44,676 nt of DNA from a virus (Duplodnaviria > Caudoviricetes). The notes under the pieces were generated by a model, which saw only the letters and a list, made by a program, of their open reading frames with translations, did no database searches and was not told the origin of the DNA. Where the stretch lies: positions 1 to 44,676 of the IMG/VR virus record IMGVR_UViG_3300044210_000016; one strand, written 5' to 3'. A program made the position numbers and the translations under genes. Positions 26,570-34,997 of this stretch are shown in pieces. Each line of letters starts with the position of its first letter. Within the stretch, counting starts at the first letter, position 1.

Positions 26570-26983
26570 ATGCAACCAACTAAGACAGTCAAATGGTCCT
26601 TTACCGCCAAATTCACTGACGTGGATTTCAGGCGAGTGTTCGACGAAGCGCCGTCAGATTGCCGCGTGCTCTGGATCACTACAAATGAGGGCTACCGGAT
26701 TGCAGCGATCCGGTATGAAGTTCTAAAGCGCGCACGTGAAAGTGGCGTAAAATTCCACGACACCATCCTATGGGATGCGCTACAAGGTTACGCTAAAAAT
26801 CAGTACCCCACTCTATACGCGACTGGCAAACCTATTGTCAGCTCTGTGTATTGTGAGTGGTTGTGGTCCTGCACCTCTGATAATGAGAGATCCGACCTAA
26901 CCCTCGACATAATCCTCGATTGGCTGCGTCGTGTCGACGAACACTACGCTCGGTCGATCACGGTCGAGGTCATGGCAGTATGA
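26570..26983 (+). CDS. Hypothetical protein
   Basis: AGGAG RBS; 137 aa. Confidence 0.65.
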   Translation: MQPTKTVKWSFTAKFTDVDFRRVFDEAPSDCRVLWITTNEGYRIAAIRYEVLKRARESGVKFHDTILWDALQGYAKNQYPTLYATGKPIVSSVYCEWLWSCTSDNERSDLTLDIILDWLRRVDEHYARSITVEVMAV

Positions 26984-27243
26984 AACGGCTGGTGATCATC
27001 GCGCTAGACCTACTAGGGCCGTGCGTGGTGTGTCTGATGGCTCGTCACGCGTTCGTCAAGGATCGTTCAGACTACGCCATACTCATTTTCTTGATCGTTT
27101 ACCTACTGGCCAATATGTGGTCAAAAGTATTGGACGTGCTCTATGGTCGACAATCCAGAGTTGCCTCAACTGTACACCCGACTAGAAAACCTCGAACGTG
27201 TGTGCGAATCGCTGCAGTCCAAGTTGGACGCGGCACCAGCTAA
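26980..27243 (+). CDS. Small membrane protein
   Basis: ATG 26980 overlaps the upstream stop, GAGGT RBS; two hydrophobic stretches. Confidence 0.5.
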   Translation: MKRLVIIALDLLGPCVVCLMARHAFVKDRSDYAILIFLIVYLLANMWSKVLDVLYGRQSRVASTVHPTRKPRTCVRIAAVQVGRGTS

Positions 27244-27448
27244 GCAGTACACCTCCGGTGAAGCGCTCGATCTCATGCGCCACGATCGAACCATTACGTT
27301 GCGATCTTCAAATGGTTCCTTGTGGCGTATAGCTGGGAATTCACTTCAGGTGCTCGACAGTCGTAACGTTGGCGGCCGTGGTGGGCCCTGTTGGACTGAA
27401 CCTGACACTTTGGCCGGTTTCTTGTGGCTGAAGTTTGAAGTTGTCTGA
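27143..27448 (+). CDS. Hypothetical protein
   Basis: 101 aa, N-terminal coiled coil; its stop lies within box 1 of cassette 6. Confidence 0.5.
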   Translation: MVDNPELPQLYTRLENLERVCESLQSKLDAAPAKQYTSGEALDLMRHDRTITLRSSNGSLWRIAGNSLQVLDSRNVGGRGGPCWTEPDTLAGFLWLKFEVV

Positions 27449-27484
27449 CGTTTTCGCTTGCGTCTGTCTGACAATCTGAATAGC
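27442..27484 (+). promoter_or_regulatory. Promoter/operator cassette 6 (truncated or altered -10)
   Basis: GTCTGAC 27443, TTGCGT 27458, GTCTGAC 27466, then AATCTGA; the third box is displaced to 27570. Confidence 0.65.
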
Positions 27485-27518
27485 CAAAGCCCCGGTAGCG
27501 ACAACTACCGGGGCTTTG
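27485..27518. terminator. 14-bp perfect hairpin (terminator-like or ncRNA stem)
   Basis: CAAAGCCCCGGTAG-CGACAA-CTACCGGGGCTTTG. Confidence 0.65.
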
Positions 27519-27621
27519 CCATGCCGAACAATCAAGGACACCAGACGGATGGTCACGAAACGTCGCGAGGTCAGACGGGACGATACGCACCCGATCTCTA
27601 CCACCGGCGGCACAAATTAGC

Positions 27622-27655
27622 AAGGGCCCCGTAGTTGCTGCTACGAGGCCCTTTT
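27622..27655 (+). terminator. Intrinsic terminator-like hairpin
   Basis: AAGGGCCCCGTAG-TTGCTG-CTACGAGGCCCTTTT. Confidence 0.7.
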
Positions 27656-27917
27656 CTGTCTGTATCAGTGAAAGAACAACCAGCGATATCACCGGACGGC
27701 CTGCGCTGGAACGCAGTAAAGCCAAAGAGTCAACCCACGCAGTCCGCGTACGTGGCAGTTGGCGGTGATCGGACCCTACTACGTCGCGTGTGGTGTGTCA
27801 AATGCCAAAAGACCTCGCCAGTTTGCACTAGCAAGGTCTTGTTTTGAGCCTAATGACGTCACTGTGGATCTAGATCCAAAGGTGCCGTCAAGCTCACGGC
27901 TGCTGCACAGTATCAGA

Positions 27918-28457
27918 TCAGGCGTCAGGCGCAATACCAAATGCGGTCAGCACGGCCTGTCGAGTCTGTTCGATCTGATCAATCACTAGAGCTACCTCTG
28001 TCTTGGGTAGCGCTGTCGCGCCGCGCAACGGACACCCGAGTCGATACCACGCAGCCCAAATGGCCATCCGGTAGAGCGTGGTCACGGACATTTTGGGTCC
28101 CGTCTCCGACTTTAGCCACGGCGCTTCGGCGAGCGCGTCCGCGTCGGCCTGGACGGCGTTCGGCAGGACGAAACTGACTACCTCGGGCCAGGGCGACTTA
28201 CACGGGGCCTGCTTCGGTGAATACCAGCTGATCGCCTGGTAGGGTGGGCGAACTCCAGTGCGGAGGGCTTCGAGCCCGATCAGGATTATCCACGAGGTAT
28301 TCGCGTCGCCCTTCTCTCTGGCGAGGATCGCCGCGCACATGGCACCTTCCACGGGGCCAATGCGTAGATATTTTCGGGGTGAATACTGGTCCCCGTATCG
28401 GTGACACTTCCTTCCGGTCGTTGGCCCTAATTTCGTGTTTCGAGTCTCGCTCGCCAT
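27918..28457 (-). CDS. Putative transcriptional regulator with two RHH-like segments; only credible minus-strand gene
   Basis: RKYLRIGP...NTSWIILIGLEAL and VVSFVLP...MSVTTLYRMAIW segments; divergent from the late operon. Confidence 0.55.
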   Translation of the reverse strand: MASETRNTKLGPTTGRKCHRYGDQYSPRKYLRIGPVEGAMCAAILAREKGDANTSWIILIGLEALRTGVRPPYQAISWYSPKQAPCKSPWPEVVSFVLPNAVQADADALAEAPWLKSETGPKMSVTTLYRMAIWAAWYRLGCPLRGATALPKTEVALVIDQIEQTRQAVLTAFGIAPDA

Positions 28458-29054
28458 TTCTGTCAACTAACACGATCAGACGCCCCGTGTCAACTAAGAC
28501 GCGATGTTGGTATTTTGCACAGTGTCTCGTTTCTGCTTATCATTTCTGCTTCGTTGACAGACAGACAGCCGACGGCCCGCGAGTTGAAACATTTACAGCT
28601 TGTTAGCTGACATCTGTCGCAGACTGCTTGACACAGCATTATTTGTCCTGATCTAGCTAATCTCTGTCTACTTGTCTCTTAGTAAACAACATATGGGAAA
28701 CAGTAAGGGTAAGAGGTACCCAAAAAAGGGGGGGTGGTCCGTACCCAAGAATGCAAAGTGACTTAGTTGACGGACGTGACACCTTTAGAAAAGTGCCATT
28801 TTTGGCCTAGATTTGACATGTCTGCTTGTAAGCTAAACCCGCCAAGCTGGATTTACATCAAGAAATGCCGCAAATTTGAGGCTTAGTATGAGTTACAAGT
28901 TTACAAGCCCAATCTGTCTGACACACAAGCTCTGTCAACTAACACACTGTGTCTGACAGCTGTGTGCCCTGTGTCGAAAGTCCTTGCGCCTCCGGCTGGA
29001 CTTTGCCAGGGTCCGAACTACCCGAGGGGTCTGCCTCGCATTGGGAGTTCACAC
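28458..29054. promoter_or_regulatory. AT-rich non-coding control region (divergent promoters; possible origin or packaging site)
   Basis: Five GTCA(A/G)CTAA boxes in both orientations, two TGTCTGAC boxes, A6G7 tract. Confidence 0.6.
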
Positions 29055-29744
29055 ATGTTTTCAAACGCTTCACGTAACAAATTATCGTTGTTGATCTTCA
29101 ATGCGACTGCATGGGTAGGGATCGCTGACAACGCGGCATCCTCGCCGATCACCAACATCTATGCGAGTCTTCATACAGCTCTGCCAGGTCGTACTGGTAA
29201 TCAGAGCTCGTCCGAAGCAAGCTACACCAACTATGCGCGTGTAGCGATCCCTCGCAGCAGCACGGGCTTTACTGTGGCTGCAGACGGCACAACGACGCTG
29301 ACCTCACAGCGGCAGTTCCCTGCGTCGAGCCCGACCGGCAATAACCAGTACTGCCCATTCGTCGCATTCGGCTCGGCTTCGAGCGGCACGGGCGAGATTG
29401 AGCAGCAGGGCGCGATTATCAAGTCGGGCACGACTGCGATCCCCGTCACAATGTTGGCAGGCACGGCCCTTCAAGGACCCGCGCATGGCGCGGCGGTCAA
29501 TGACCGCGTGTGTCTACTCAAGATCGGCGCTGCCCCATTGCCCGGCAACTTCACGGAAGGCACGGTCTACTGGGTTGTTAGCTCCGCAGACGCTAACACC
29601 GTCACATTGTCTGCGACACAAGGTGGAGGCGCAATCACGGCATCGAGCGCAGGTTGCGCGTTGATGCTGGTCCTTGACGGCTTCCAGATCGGCAACAACT
29701 ACACACCGCAGCTGACCACTTCGAGCGCGATCTACATCGACTAA
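29055..29744 (+). CDS. Virion structural protein (fibre/decoration-type)
   Basis: ADNAA.SP..N.Y.SLHTA.PG...Q...E..Y..YARVA..R motif of a common phage structural family; GGGAG RBS. Confidence 0.7.
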   Translation: MFSNASRNKLSLLIFNATAWVGIADNAASSPITNIYASLHTALPGRTGNQSSSEASYTNYARVAIPRSSTGFTVAADGTTTLTSQRQFPASSPTGNNQYCPFVAFGSASSGTGEIEQQGAIIKSGTTAIPVTMLAGTALQGPAHGAAVNDRVCLLKIGAAPLPGNFTEGTVYWVVSSADANTVTLSATQGGGAITASSAGCALMLVLDGFQIGNNYTPQLTTSSAIYID

Positions 29745-29947
29745 TGCCTCGGATCGCGAGCAAGTCAAAAGCACTGAGCGCGCACGTCAAACAAGGGGAT
29801 CCCTTGGGCGAGTGTGCGCGCTGTGGTTTTGCGTTCGCGGACAGAAATCAGAAGGTCCACGAAACTACCGGAGGTCTTTGGTGTGAGACGTGCTCGAGCG
29901 AAGTGATCGCAAACGTGCGTGCAAAAGGCCCACTGAGAGAGTACTAG
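29744..29947 (+). CDS. Small zinc-finger protein
   Basis: CARC...CETC; TAATG overlap. Confidence 0.55.
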   Translation: MPRIASKSKALSAHVKQGDPLGECARCGFAFADRNQKVHETTGGLWCETCSSEVIANVRAKGPLREY

Positions 29948-29953
29948 TAGCGT

Positions 29954-32900
29954 GTGGCGACATACAACCTAGCCGTTCCGTCGACTGCGACCGCAAACAT
30001 CTGTTGCAGTGGCACGTCTGATGGGCAGATTTGGGGCCCTGCTGACGTCTATGGTTGCTACCTTGACGACGGCGACGCAGGCACGTTCGCGTTGGTCGCG
30101 TTTCGCTTCCCGATCGCGACCGCGATGGCGGGAACGGACATCACGAGCGCAACTCTCACGCTAGACCGTCTGCCTGCCGCGTACGGGGACTCTGGCACGA
30201 ATGGGGCGGCAGGCATACGTTGCGAGGCGTCGGCCACGCCAGCGACGTTCACGGCGTCAGGAACGGGGCGTCCCTATGGGCGTACGTGGCGCACAGCCCA
30301 GGTGGATTACACGTTCGTTTCGGGTGGCGATGCCGCGACGATCGACCTGACGACACTCGTTCAAGATCTGGCAGCGACGTACGGAATCGCCAACCTGACT
30401 GCGATCACCGTAGGCGTTGGCGCACTCACGATCGGTTGGAAAACAGCATCGTTGAGCTATCGCGCGATCAGCAATGACGGCTCGGGCACGCTACCGCAGC
30501 TGTCGATCATCACGTCGAGTGGAACCGAAGTCGCACGCGGCGTGGTCTGCTACTCGTTCTCGGGCGGGTTGGGTGCAGGCGCGCCTTTGGTACAACGTGC
30601 GGCAAGCACGCAACTCGAAAGCATTCAGGCAGCCACTGGCGGGGCGTCCAGCGCGAAGTCTGCACTAGCATTGGCCGAGACGATCGCGCGAGGGAGTCAG
30701 TCTGCGAACGTCTCACAAGCTCTGGATTTCTCGCTGAACTCGATCTCGAGCGCGGCTGCCCAAGGTGCCGCAGTCGTAGCGAAATCGACGATAGCGGACA
30801 TACTGTCAACCCCAACCATTGATGGCGGGCGCATCGAAGGCAAGGCCGTTGTCGGGAGCGCGATCACTGCACTGTCTGCGAGGGGTTCGACAGGAGGGGG
30901 TTCAGCTGCAACGGTGCTGGTGCGCAATTCGACTGCGTTACCAAACGGCGGCGGGATGCCACCGATCGCGACGTTCCGCGATCTCAACAGCAATCGGCAC
31001 GGGTTCAAGGACACATCCTCGGGAGGGATCGGGCAGCTGTGCCACATTTGCACGCCGAAGACTTCGAGCGCCGGCCTGTATGGGTACACGTCATGGTCGG
31101 GCGACACATGGGTCCCTGTCGCGCTCGATATTTGGGACCCGTTCTATTACGTCAAGAGTTCAATCCAAGGCAGTGACGGCAAAGTCCACCTAGTTTACGT
31201 CGACTCGAACGCAGGGCAGATCCGTTACAGACGTCTGACACTCAGCCACGGCAACGACGGCAAAATCAACGGAGCGACGCGAGATGTTGAGATCCTGATC
31301 GGGCCGATCGGGTACCTCGAGTCCACGATCGATATCCGCGAGTGTGTCGCCCAAAACGGATCGCACTGGATCGTGTTCGCAAAGCTGGCCGAGACCAACA
31401 CCACAGTGCAGATGGGCAAATGGCCTATCGACGTGTCTTCGCAGACGCAAGTCGTAGGAATGAACGACTCTGTAGCGTTCACAACGATCGCGACTGGCAT
31501 CGTCAACCAACACGATCATGGCGTGCAACTGGCACAATTCGCAGGCACGTTAGGGATCGTGTGCATGTGGGGTTATGCGATCGCAGAACTGTCACTCGAA
31601 CCGTTGAGACGGGTATTGCTTACACCGTCAGGCAGCACTACTTGGAGCGTTGGCAGCACCGTAACGGAGTCTGTTGCGAATGCCGCGGTAGGTATGATGT
31701 GTTCGGCGAACGGCGCGATCTACCGTGTCGCGAGTGCGGACAACCCAGGCAGCTGCGTCTACTTCGACCGTTACAATTCAGACGGTTCGTTGACGGCGAA
31801 CGTGTTTCCGACGATCTCGATGCCAACGCGGAATTCGTTCGCATGCCTCGAAGTCAATGCGGACGCCACCAAAGCCTTCGTAATCGCGTCCGACTACAGT
31901 GCGAGCTTGATCGTCGCGCACTTGGAGGGTGGGGCTTGGTCGTCCAACGTTGGGTCTGTAACGGACTGTTACGGCCTCGGAGGGTTTGGATTTGGCACTG
32001 GCTTGTGTGTGCTCGATCAAGAGCTGGCCCTCACAAATGGAGGGCTTTATACCATTTCTGTACTCGAGGAACCCGGAGCGGAGCCTGTATTGGTAGGCCG
32101 TGCCGCGGTGTGCAGTCTGACCACTCTCGGCATTGCGTTCGGCGCCATCGCCGCCGGCAAGGCCCCGTCGTGTGAACTGGCTTCGAGCGCAGCAGTGTCC
32201 GGCGCGGCATTGGGATCAATGCCCGTGCTGATGGCGTCTGAAACCGAGGCCCCCGTGCGCGTGGGCTCGAGCGTGGGCGCGACGTCGTACGGATTGTCGA
32301 ACACGCCGGCAGGGGCTTTCGGAGCAATCCTCGCGAGCTCAGCACCTCGAACGAACGTGGTGACGTGGGCAGGTTGTGGATCTTCCGTTGCGTGCGACGG
32401 AGTCGTGCTCGGGTTGTCTGACGCTCCCGTGGGCACGCGCTCGAGCGCGGAGGCATCGGCAACCGCTCAATTTGCGGTACTTTCTGGCGTTTTGGCGTCC
32501 TCGTCGGTCAACGTGATTGCCAACATAGACGGCAAGTGCCTCAGTCTAACGTCGCTCGGGGCCTTCGGCTTGGCGTCTGCCGCCGGCGCAGTGACGGCGC
32601 AGATTGAATCGATTGCGACTGTCTCGCAATCGGTTGGCGTGGTCGCTCAAGTGACGGGGCATTTCGTAGCGTGCACGCAGTTGGCGGCTGTGGGCGCGGC
32701 AAGCGCCACGGCAAGCGCCACGGCGTGGAGTGGCACCGTCGCGACGATCGGCGCAGCCAACGTAGTAGGGCTCGGGATGACCGGGTATTTCCCGGGCGGG
32801 AGTTCACTGATCGCGACGGGCTCGGCCACAGTCGAGCGCTCCCCACGACTGGGGAACGAAACCGCGTGCGTTGTGGTCGGCGCCGCCAGCGTGGATGCTT

Positions 32901-33079
32901 CGGCGGTCGGCTTGTCCACGCTAGTACAGTTCGGCCGAGGTACTGCTAGCGCGGAAGCCACCGCATACATGTACGTAGGATCTTATTATCGAAGTGTAGT
33001 GCCAACTACGTCAGTAGGAGAGATCCTATACAGACATAGGCCAGGGTTCATTGGCGTTACAATTAGGGATCACAAATGA
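29954..33079 (+). CDS. Large virion fibre/adhesin-like protein (1041 aa)
   Basis: N-terminal RFP...G.DITSATLTL beta-sandwich motif, central propeller-like segment (SDGKVHLVY), Ala/Ser/Gly/Val-rich stalk regions. Confidence 0.65.
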   Translation: MATYNLAVPSTATANICCSGTSDGQIWGPADVYGCYLDDGDAGTFALVAFRFPIATAMAGTDITSATLTLDRLPAAYGDSGTNGAAGIRCEASATPATFTASGTGRPYGRTWRTAQVDYTFVSGGDAATIDLTTLVQDLAATYGIANLTAITVGVGALTIGWKTASLSYRAISNDGSGTLPQLSIITSSGTEVARGVVCYSFSGGLGAGAPLVQRAASTQLESIQAATGGASSAKSALALAETIARGSQSANVSQALDFSLNSISSAAAQGAAVVAKSTIADILSTPTIDGGRIEGKAVVGSAITALSARGSTGGGSAATVLVRNSTALPNGGGMPPIATFRDLNSNRHGFKDTSSGGIGQLCHICTPKTSSAGLYGYTSWSGDTWVPVALDIWDPFYYVKSSIQGSDGKVHLVYVDSNAGQIRYRRLTLSHGNDGKINGATRDVEILIGPIGYLESTIDIRECVAQNGSHWIVFAKLAETNTTVQMGKWPIDVSSQTQVVGMNDSVAFTTIATGIVNQHDHGVQLAQFAGTLGIVCMWGYAIAELSLEPLRRVLLTPSGSTTWSVGSTVTESVANAAVGMMCSANGAIYRVASADNPGSCVYFDRYNSDGSLTANVFPTISMPTRNSFACLEVNADATKAFVIASDYSASLIVAHLEGGAWSSNVGSVTDCYGLGGFGFGTGLCVLDQELALTNGGLYTISVLEEPGAEPVLVGRAAVCSLTTLGIAFGAIAAGKAPSCELASSAAVSGAALGSMPVLMASETEAPVRVGSSVGATSYGLSNTPAGAFGAILASSAPRTNVVTWAGCGSSVACDGVVLGLSDAPVGTRSSAEASATAQFAVLSGVLASSSVNVIANIDGKCLSLTSLGAFGLASAAGAVTAQIESIATVSQSVGVVAQVTGHFVACTQLAAVGAASATASATAWSGTVATIGAANVVGLGMTGYFPGGSSLIATGSATVERSPRLGNETACVVVGAASVDASAVGLSTLVQFGRGTASAEATAYMYVGSYYRSVVPTTSVGEILYRHRPGFIGVTIRDHK

Positions 33080-33369
33080 GCTACGAACCGGATCGACAAT
33101 ACACGTCACGCAATGTGATCTATATCGAGAGTCGCTTCGACGGTTCCGCTCCAATCGAGTGGAATCTCGAACTCATTGACCCTGACGGACTACAGACGCT
33201 AGTTGCGTCTACAAGTATGTTAGTAGTTGATGGGTGGTATCAGTATAAACTTGTTGCCACAGACAACCAGAGAGGCGTCTGGCGTTACAGATGGTATGGG
33301 CGTAACGCACTAAATGAATCTATCGCACAGCCCGACGATCGTCACTGGGTTGAGTTGACAGTTGATTGA
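33076..33369 (+). CDS. Small Ig-like virion protein
   Basis: DPDG, G.Y.Y, GVWRYRW.G pattern. Confidence 0.55.
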   Translation: MSYEPDRQYTSRNVIYIESRFDGSAPIEWNLELIDPDGLQTLVASTSMLVVDGWYQYKLVATDNQRGVWRYRWYGRNALNESIAQPDDRHWVELTVD

Positions 33370-33390
33370 CTGTCTGTCAACCTAGTCGTC

Positions 33391-33825
33391 ATGCGAAACA
33401 TGTTAGGTCTGATTTGGGCGATTTGTGCTGTGGTACTCATCTGTTGCGGTCCGAATCCGAGACCCCCTAACCCACCCGAGCCAGGTGGGGAAGGAGGGTG
33501 GACGGGATTCGGTGGCAGCTCGGGGGAGGGCGGCTTGGTCGATCCACCGTTGCCTCCGGCGGCAGGTGCTGGCGGCGGCGCGCCGTGCCTGCAGGCATCG
33601 TGTGGGTGTGTCGGAAAGTACCCGAATATCGGTCGGCTTCGCTTGCTGTGCAAACACCTTGGCGAATTGGGCTGCCCTGAGGCGTCAGATCTCAATGAGT
33701 GTTACTGCCAGTTCGATGTGATTATGACCAAACCAATGTATGAGATCGATCTCTCGTGCCTAGAAGTGGCAACAGACAAGACTCAAATTGCTGCGTGCGA
33801 ATCGATTCTATGTGGTGCAATATGA
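33391..33825 (+). CDS. Cys-rich putative lipoprotein with Pro/Gly linker
   Basis: Signal peptide ending VLICC-G; PPNPPEPGGEGG linker; many Cys in the C-terminal domain. Confidence 0.6.
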   Translation: MRNMLGLIWAICAVVLICCGPNPRPPNPPEPGGEGGWTGFGGSSGEGGLVDPPLPPAAGAGGGAPCLQASCGCVGKYPNIGRLRLLCKHLGELGCPEASDLNECYCQFDVIMTKPMYEIDLSCLEVATDKTQIAACESILCGAI

Positions 33826-34562
33826 TCGGATTACTTGGCAAAGCCCCCAAGCGTGAGGACGCTAGGAACCTAAAACTGAGCAACTACGTAACGAACCTAG
33901 TAGTCCCTCGAAAGATTGACTACGGGGTTGCGATGCAAGATCCGTGGTGCATGATGGCCAACGATCGCGTCGGTAATTGCGTATACGCGGCCGCCGGACA
34001 TTTGATCCAAGTGCATACGTCACTGACGAAGGACAGCGCGGTAACGTTGACGGATCAACAGATCCTTGACGCATACTCACGTGACACAGGCTACACGCCT
34101 AGCGATCCGTCCACTGATCGTGGAGCGTATATGCTCGATGCTTTGAAAGCGTGGCGTAAGCTGGGCATCGGTGGGCGCAAGATCATTGGGTTCGCTGAAG
34201 TGGACCCACGGAACGCAGCGCAATGCCGGGCGGCCTCGTTCCTATGTGGGGGGCTCTACTGCGGTTTTTCGTTGCCATTGACCGCGCAAGACCAGAACGT
34301 TTGGGACGTGCGCACGATTACTGGCGCCGGAAAGCCGGGTTCGTGGGGAGGGCATTGCGTCTACACGCACCTAATCTCGGGTGATTCAAACGCGTGCATC
34401 ACGTGGGGGTATTCACAATTGTTCACCCGTCGTTTCGCTGAGGTCTATTGCGACGAATGCTACGCCGTTATCAGCGAAGACTTCTTCAATCGGGAAGGTA
34501 AGACCGTGTTCAACTTCGATCTAGCGCGTTTGCTGCGAGATATCGAAGCGGTGACCGCGTGA
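33822..34562 (+). CDS. Papain-like cysteine peptidase (candidate lysin)
   Basis: NDRVGNCVYAA (Cys), GGHCV (His), ITWG, Y.DE.YA; ATG overlaps the upstream stop. Confidence 0.7.
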   Translation: MIGLLGKAPKREDARNLKLSNYVTNLVVPRKIDYGVAMQDPWCMMANDRVGNCVYAAAGHLIQVHTSLTKDSAVTLTDQQILDAYSRDTGYTPSDPSTDRGAYMLDALKAWRKLGIGGRKIIGFAEVDPRNAAQCRAASFLCGGLYCGFSLPLTAQDQNVWDVRTITGAGKPGSWGGHCVYTHLISGDSNACITWGYSQLFTRRFAEVYCDECYAVISEDFFNREGKTVFNFDLARLLRDIEAVTA

Positions 34563-34822
34563 CGCCTGAAGAGGTCGAACGCCGTAACGCTGAGCGCCAT
34601 AAGGCTGTGATTGCAGAGTTGCGATCTGTCGGACTGTCTGTTGCAGAATTGCAACGGCAGAATGCGGTCATCTTTCGACTGCTTGCGGAAGAGCGCCAAC
34701 ACCTGCTAGCATTGCAGGACGATCATGACAGAACCGTCCGAACATGTCCCGCAAGAGGTAGAGGCGCCGCTATCGGCAAGGGTGGCAGCAGTAGAGGCAC
34801 ACCTGCGAAATCTCGAGTCTGA
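34559..34822 (+). CDS. Hypothetical coiled-coil protein
   Basis: GTGA overlap. Confidence 0.45.
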   Translation: MTPEEVERRNAERHKAVIAELRSVGLSVAELQRQNAVIFRLLAEERQHLLALQDDHDRTVRTCPARGRGAAIGKGGSSRGTPAKSRV

Positions 34823-34997
34823 GATCGAACAGATTCGGAACGAGATCATAGGGGCCGATTCCACGAAACTGGACGTCGGCCCCTTGCACTTGAGCGGGCC
34901 TGGTAAATGGATCTCAGTGATGATCGTCGCAATGTCGATCGCATATGCGGGCGCTAAAGGTGCATTTGTCGAGTTATGGGGTATGCTCACTAAATGA
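34725..34997 (+). CDS. Coiled-coil plus C-terminal TM protein (holin-like)
   Basis: AGGA RBS; LSARVAAVEAHLRNLE coil; WISVMIVAMSIAYAGA TM. Confidence 0.55.
   Translation: MTEPSEHVPQEVEAPLSARVAAVEAHLRNLESEIEQIRNEIIGADSTKLDVGPLHLSGPGKWISVMIVAMSIAYAGAKGAFVELWGMLTK

Noticed and set aside
20664-27484. CRISPR array or integron attC array interpretation of the repeats
   Set aside because: Spacing is irregular (0.3-3.6 kb) with whole genes between, repeats carry promoter and RBS features, and no cas1 or integron integrase is present
9134-32421. Isolated GTCWGAC sites within genes (about 9134, 9582, 12177, 12473, 32415)
   Set aside because: About five chance occurrences are expected in 44.5 kb; no promoter geometry around them
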